Source: a virus. Taken from it: 64,000 nt of DNA. Positions 59,226 to 64,000 of this stretch are shown here, in pieces; position 1 is the first letter of the stretch, and each line of letters opens with the position of its first letter. The DNA lies in IMG/VR virus record IMGVR_UViG_3300032238_000599, positions 32,001 through 96,000 of that record; one strand, given 5' to 3'. Below the pieces are notes generated by a model. It did no database searches. It saw only the letters and a list, made by a program, of their open reading frames with translations, and was not told the DNA's origin. The position numbers and the translations under genes are program-made.

Positions 59226-59260
59226 AAGATGCTACAATAAGTAATGTAGCATCTTTTTTT
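59226..59260 (+). terminator. Intrinsic terminator-like hairpin with a late-promoter-like sequence in its loop
   Basis: AAGATGCTACA-ataagtaa-TGTAGCATCTT (11-bp perfect stem) followed by TTTTT. Confidence 0.65.
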
Positions 59261-59271
59261 ACGGCAGAATT

Positions 59272-60954
59272 ATGAGAAAAATCTTTAGCGTACCATTAAA
59301 TCCAAAACTAAACGAACAACAATTTAACGAGTTTTATGAGTTTTTAAAAACTTATAAAGACTACATTCGTGACGTATATTTTACTAGCCGAATTGCTCCA
59401 TTTAAGCAAGACGCAATGGGTGATGTATTCTTTATTCAAGAAGATGAAAGCCAAGCAATTCATGCGGCACTACATATTCAGCGTACACTAGACATTCCTG
59501 TTAGCGCAACCTTTAACAATATCAATGTTCCGCCTACGCAACAAAACTTAGATTTGTTTATTAAAAACTTTAAACCATTGTATGATGCTGGGGTACGCAA
59601 TGCTACTATTCCACACACACATTGGATGGCAACAGGACAAATTAAACGTGCATTTCCAGACTTGTATGTTAAAAACACAATCCTACGTAATGTAACAACA
59701 GCACAAGAAGTAGTTAATCTTGCAGGCTATGGGTTTGACTACATTAACCTTGATAGAGATTTAATGCGTAACAGAGATGCACTATTACAAATTAAAAAAG
59801 CCAAGCAATATGTTAAAGATACAATGGGCAAAGACATTGCTATTAGCCTGTTAGCTAATGAGGGATGTGCTGGTGGTTGTTCAATGATGGATGAACACTA
59901 TCACTTTAACAACACTAGAGATAGTGCTCGTCCGCAATACTTTAACGATCCTATTAGTCGTGTTAGTTGCCCAAGTTGGGACGTACAAGATCCCGCTATC
60001 TTCTTAAAACGTGCAAACTTTACTCCATGGAGAGCAGATTGGGACGAGTTTATCGATGAGCTAGGCATTGATAGTATTAAAATGCATGGTAGAGAAGCAC
60101 CTACTCGCCTATACGAAACTATGGATATGATTGAACGTTATGCGGCTGGAGAAGAATTACTGTACCCTACATTTGAACAATACCTAGAAGACACTAATCT
60201 AGCAGAAAAGCCTATTACTGTATGGCGTGAAAAAATTAAAAATTGTAAGTTTGAATGTTGGGATTGTCAATATTGTGATAAAGTCTACAAAGCCAAGTCA
60301 GATATAGAAGCTAGTGAACTAGTTAAACACGTAGCAGCCTGCATCGAACAAAGTGGTGTACCTACAATTAAGTTAGATATTCCAGGATTAACTAGCATTC
60401 GTGTACAATCATTGCTTAATAGATTAGCGCAAGGTGTAGATACTTACTTAGAAGTGGGCACAGCATTAGGCGCAACATTCTGCGCGGTAATCAAAGACAA
60501 TCCAATTACTGCTATTGCTATTGATAACTGGGTTGACAATGTACAACCTCGTAATGAAGGGCGTGTTGCTATGCCACAAAACGACATTCAAGTATTTGCA
60601 GAGAATGTACGCAAGTATCAAGGCAATAGTAAAATTACAGTATTGAATGGTAATTGTTTTAATACAGATGTTACACCATTTGCAGGACAAGTTAAGATGT
60701 TTTTCTATGATGGCCCTCATGAAGTTGAGGCATGTAAGCTAGCAATGACACACTTTGCTCCTGCGCTAGCAGAAGAAGCTATTGTAATTTTTGATGATGC
60801 CAACTGGAATAATGTAGTTGAAGGTGCAAAGCAAGGCATTGAAGCCGCAGGACTAAAAGTCAGCTATGAAAAAATACTATTAAATGATGAAGAAGATGCT
60901 AACGCTTGGTGGAACGGTTTGTATATTGCAGTCGTGAGGAAACCTAATGATTAA
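59272..60954 (+). CDS. Peptidase-U32-family (Fe-S hydroxylase-like) domain fused to a class I SAM-dependent methyltransferase
   Basis: INLDRDLMRN, LLANEGCAGGC, IKMHGRE and CKFECWDCQYC in the N-terminal part; YLEVGTALGATF, FYDGPH and IFDD in the C-terminal part. Confidence 0.65.
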   Translation: MRKIFSVPLNPKLNEQQFNEFYEFLKTYKDYIRDVYFTSRIAPFKQDAMGDVFFIQEDESQAIHAALHIQRTLDIPVSATFNNINVPPTQQNLDLFIKNFKPLYDAGVRNATIPHTHWMATGQIKRAFPDLYVKNTILRNVTTAQEVVNLAGYGFDYINLDRDLMRNRDALLQIKKAKQYVKDTMGKDIAISLLANEGCAGGCSMMDEHYHFNNTRDSARPQYFNDPISRVSCPSWDVQDPAIFLKRANFTPWRADWDEFIDELGIDSIKMHGREAPTRLYETMDMIERYAAGEELLYPTFEQYLEDTNLAEKPITVWREKIKNCKFECWDCQYCDKVYKAKSDIEASELVKHVAACIEQSGVPTIKLDIPGLTSIRVQSLLNRLAQGVDTYLEVGTALGATFCAVIKDNPITAIAIDNWVDNVQPRNEGRVAMPQNDIQVFAENVRKYQGNSKITVLNGNCFNTDVTPFAGQVKMFFYDGPHEVEACKLAMTHFAPALAEEAIVIFDDANWNNVVEGAKQGIEAAGLKVSYEKILLNDEEDANAWWNGLYIAVVRKPND

Positions 60955-62473
60955 TAAAGTCAGACGTATTACAATATTTGGTGGTGGAACTAGTGGTTGG
61001 TTAAGTGCCGCATACTTGTCACGCAACCTAAAGATACCTGCAGAAATTACACTAATTGAAGATACTAGTCTAGGACCCATTGGTGTAGGAGAAGGCACAC
61101 AGCCTATGACTGCTCGGTTTCTACATGAGTGTGGAATTGAACCCAAAGACTGGTTAAAAGACAGCAATGCTGTGTTCAAATATGGTGTTGAACTTATTGG
61201 ATGGAATGACGAGCCTTACTTTGTAGACAATGATGTGCCTATTAACTGTATTGTAGGCAGTAAGTTGTTTACCAGCGATTACTTTATTGACAAACCCTAC
61301 AGCGAAGTTGCCGCGTGGCACCCTGCTTATCAACTAGCCAAGGCAAATGTGTCTAGCAAGTTTGACGAATACCTCGACGTTAATCACGGTAGTGGACCCG
61401 AAAGTTATGGTGCTGTACACTTTGATGCTTATGCTATCCTACGTAGTATTAAAAACATCTTAGGCGACAGTATCAAACACATTGACACAAAGATTACAGA
61501 CATTAGACAAGACGTCTACGGCATTACAGAACTTGTAGGTGTCGATGGAACCAAGTATACTGCTGACTTGTTTGTTGATTGCAGTGGATTTCAAAGTCTG
61601 TTACTAGAAAAAACACTAAAAAGCCCCTTCACAAGTTACAGTAACATTTTACCTTGTGACAGCGCAGTAGTATTTCAGACACAGTATAAGGATCCGCAGA
61701 AAGAATGTCATCCATATACTAAAGCAACTACAATGAACGCTGGATGGCGTTTTACTATTCCCACATTTAAACGTGTAGGTAACGGGTATGTTTACAGTAG
61801 CAAACACATTACACCTGAGCAAGCTGAACAAGAAATGCGTGAAGCGTTAGGTGAGTTTGAAGCACCAGCAAGACATTTAAAAATGAAGTGTGGCGTACAC
61901 AAAGAAACAGCAGTTAAAAATGTCTGTGCTGTAGGACTTGCCGCTGGATTTATTGAACCCTTAGAAGCAACAGGCATTACATTTACTACAGCCGCAGTTA
62001 AATCGTTAACAGAATTACTAAACATGACTAACAATGTTTGGAATGATTTCTGCAGACAAAACATCAATCGCGGGTTTTACGAAATGACGACTGAGATTCT
62101 AGCATTTGTATGGGCACATTACCATTTCAGTAGCCGCAATGACACTGAGTTTTGGCAAGACATACGTAAGCAAGAGTTAAAAAATGCACCCAAAGAAGTT
62201 CAAGAAATACTAAGTTTCTTTTTGCCACGACCCCAGAAATATATCTTTATAAATCCTAGTAGTATGTTCTGTAACTTTCAGTGGTTTACCATGTTACATG
62301 CAGGTGGCGCATACAAGAATGTTGCTAGCGATCTAAGTGAAAAACAAAAAGCCTATACTAAGTATTTCTTAGATAGCCACACAGCTAGAGTAAATCTAGC
62401 TAAAGAAACATTCCCTAATCAATATGACTATTTAGAAACATGGTACACTGATTGGGACTTATCGGAGTTTTAA
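60947..62473 (+). CDS. Flavin-dependent halogenase-like protein (tryptophan halogenase family)
   Basis: GGGTSGW FAD motif, IGVGEGT, conserved Lys in AVFKYG, DCSGF, GWRFTIP (WxWxIP variant) and FIEPLEATG. Confidence 0.85.
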   Translation: MINKVRRITIFGGGTSGWLSAAYLSRNLKIPAEITLIEDTSLGPIGVGEGTQPMTARFLHECGIEPKDWLKDSNAVFKYGVELIGWNDEPYFVDNDVPINCIVGSKLFTSDYFIDKPYSEVAAWHPAYQLAKANVSSKFDEYLDVNHGSGPESYGAVHFDAYAILRSIKNILGDSIKHIDTKITDIRQDVYGITELVGVDGTKYTADLFVDCSGFQSLLLEKTLKSPFTSYSNILPCDSAVVFQTQYKDPQKECHPYTKATTMNAGWRFTIPTFKRVGNGYVYSSKHITPEQAEQEMREALGEFEAPARHLKMKCGVHKETAVKNVCAVGLAAGFIEPLEATGITFTTAAVKSLTELLNMTNNVWNDFCRQNINRGFYEMTTEILAFVWAHYHFSSRNDTEFWQDIRKQELKNAPKEVQEILSFFLPRPQKYIFINPSSMFCNFQWFTMLHAGGAYKNVASDLSEKQKAYTKYFLDSHTARVNLAKETFPNQYDYLETWYTDWDLSEF

Positions 62474-62914
62474 ATGTTAAAAAAATTAACCACAACTAGC
62501 TATGAAATTTACGAAGTTGAGCAACGTGAGTCCACTGACGATAACTATCTAGCAGTAAAAATTTGGAAAGATAGACAAAAGCTACGCCGCTGGCTTATTG
62601 GCTTAATGAACGACCGAGAAGTTATTCTTACTTGGCGCGACAGCGGACAAGAAGTAACCGCAGTAGCTACCCGTAAGTTAGGCAAATATGATATTGCACC
62701 AGTATTACCATCAGATGACGACATGCCTAAGATTAAAGATATTGTTAATCGAGAAGAAGTAGAAGAAATTCGTCACATAGCGTTTTATTCTATGCCTGAC
62801 AAGCAAATTATTGCAGTTTATTTAGACGACATTAGTCACTTTATTGTGTCTAATGAAGGCTTAAAAGAGCTAACAAATAAGCTAGTTGCAGCCGAACCTT
62901 TAATCACAGTATGA
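62474..62914 (+). CDS. Hypothetical protein (146 aa)
   Basis: Abuts or overlaps both halogenase-like genes. Confidence 0.5.
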   Translation: MLKKLTTTSYEIYEVEQRESTDDNYLAVKIWKDRQKLRRWLIGLMNDREVILTWRDSGQEVTAVATRKLGKYDIAPVLPSDDDMPKIKDIVNREEVEEIRHIAFYSMPDKQIIAVYLDDISHFIVSNEGLKELTNKLVAAEPLITV

Positions 62915-64000
62915 AAAGACGATTAGGAATCATCGGCGGCGGCACCGCAGGTATAATGAGTTTATGCCATTTTCTAACTTATTTGGACAGCGAGTGGGAA
63001 GTTGTCTTAGTCTACGATCCTACAGCAGATATATTTGATGCACCAACTAGTGCTACTCCGGGATTTGTATCTGTCCTAGAAAGAGCATTTAATTTTAGTT
63101 TATTAGATACTTTGGAACCTCTCAATGCTACACTAAAGTTTGGTTCCATTTGGAAAAATTGGAGGCAGCAAACATTTAATTTGCCTAACATTGGAGGCAA
63201 TGCGGCTATACATTTTGATAGTCTTAAATTTAGAGACTATGTACTACCTAAATTAGAAGAGCATTGGCCTAATAAATTTAAATCTATCACAGGACATCTT
63301 GACAGTCTTACAAATAAAGAAACACATGTTAGTGCCGTAGTCAACGGTGTTGAACACGTATTCAATTATGCTATGGACTGTCGTGGCGCACCTAATGACT
63401 GGGCGGACTATGAAGTATTAACTGATATGCCAGTTAATCATTCTTTTGTTCACAGTAAGAAATCGCCAGGTGACTGGACATATTCTGGGCAGAATGCAAC
63501 TCCTTATGGTTGGATGTTTGAAATTCCCTTAGGTGATAGGCAATGCTATGGATATCATTACAATGATAATATCACTAGCAAAGAAGATGCATTGGCAAAT
63601 TTTGCAGAAATTATCAACGTCCCAGTTGAAGAATTGACAGTAACAGAATATCAATATAAAAGCTATTATGCAAACAAAGTGTTTGACGGCAGGATAATGA
63701 AGAACGGGAATCGAGCTGTATTCTTTGAACCTATTAGTGCAAACTCTGTTTACATTTTTGATCAAGCCAACAGAATTTTTTATGCTTATTTGGCTAACAA
63801 TATCAAAACCCCTGAAATTGTAAATCGAGAGTTTGTAAAAGTAGCAAATGATTTGCGAGAATTAATTTGCTATTACTATCACGGTGGTAGTATATACGAC
63901 ACTAAATTCTGGGACTATGCTAAAGAAGTTACCGGCAACGTTATTAGAAAAAGTGAAACAATTAAAGAAATTAGTTCCCAGTGTAAAAATTGGGTAGATA
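62911..64000 (+). CDS. Second, compact and divergent tryptophan-halogenase-family protein; partial at the right edge
   Basis: Not in the ORF track. Manual translation gives MKRRLGIIGGGTAG, ATLKFG, AIHFD, DCRG, GWMFEIP and GNRAVFFEPISANS. Confidence 0.75.
   Translation, partial: MKRRLGIIGGGTAGIMSLCHFLTYLDSEWEVVLVYDPTADIFDAPTSATPGFVSVLERAFNFSLLDTLEPLNATLKFGSIWKNWRQQTFNLPNIGGNAAIHFDSLKFRDYVLPKLEEHWPNKFKSITGHLDSLTNKETHVSAVVNGVEHVFNYAMDCRGAPNDWADYEVLTDMPVNHSFVHSKKSPGDWTYSGQNATPYGWMFEIPLGDRQCYGYHYNDNITSKEDALANFAEIINVPVEELTVTEYQYKSYYANKVFDGRIMKNGNRAVFFEPISANSVYIFDQANRIFYAYLANNIKTPEIVNREFVKVANDLRELICYYYHGGSIYDTKFWDYAKEVTGNVIRKSETIKEISSQCKNWVD

Noticed and set aside
59272-60954. Collagenase/protease annotation for the U32 domain
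   Set aside because: Characterised U32 members act in Fe-S-dependent hydroxylation; the Cys clusters and methyltransferase fusion fit a modification enzyme better.
1-64000. Stop-codon reassignment as seen in some large phages
   Set aside because: Core genes and ORFs of 8-9 kb are intact in the standard code and coding density is high.

Overview
This AT-rich window is the morphogenesis region of a large T4-related myovirus (host unknown). From left to right it holds: (1) a minus-strand baseplate operon (partial wedge protein, gp6, gp25, gp5, probable hub, gp53, tube initiator); (2) a divergent sigma70-driven gp55-gp47-gp46 cassette, followed by a small ORF, a minimal GIY-YIG nuclease and a ~430-nt GC-enriched, densely base-paired non-coding region; (3) gp26/gp51-like chaperones and the tape measure gene; (4) the head module (gp20, gp21, gp22, gp23); (5) ~33 kb of paralogous fibre/adhesin genes, including 2672-aa and 2961-aa giants; and (6) an enzyme cassette (U32-family/methyltransferase fusion and two flavin-dependent halogenase-like genes). 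T4-type late promoters (nATAAATA) precede most structural genes. The best candidate for an undescribed system is the GIY-YIG nuclease plus ornate ncRNA locus at 14782-15650. Also notable are an overlapping early/late promoter pair with a recurring operator-like motif, a predicted -1 frameshift joining gp26 and gp51, a structured leader after the capsid gene, and the late modification-enzyme cassette. All calls come from manual motif reading; no searches or folding programs were run.
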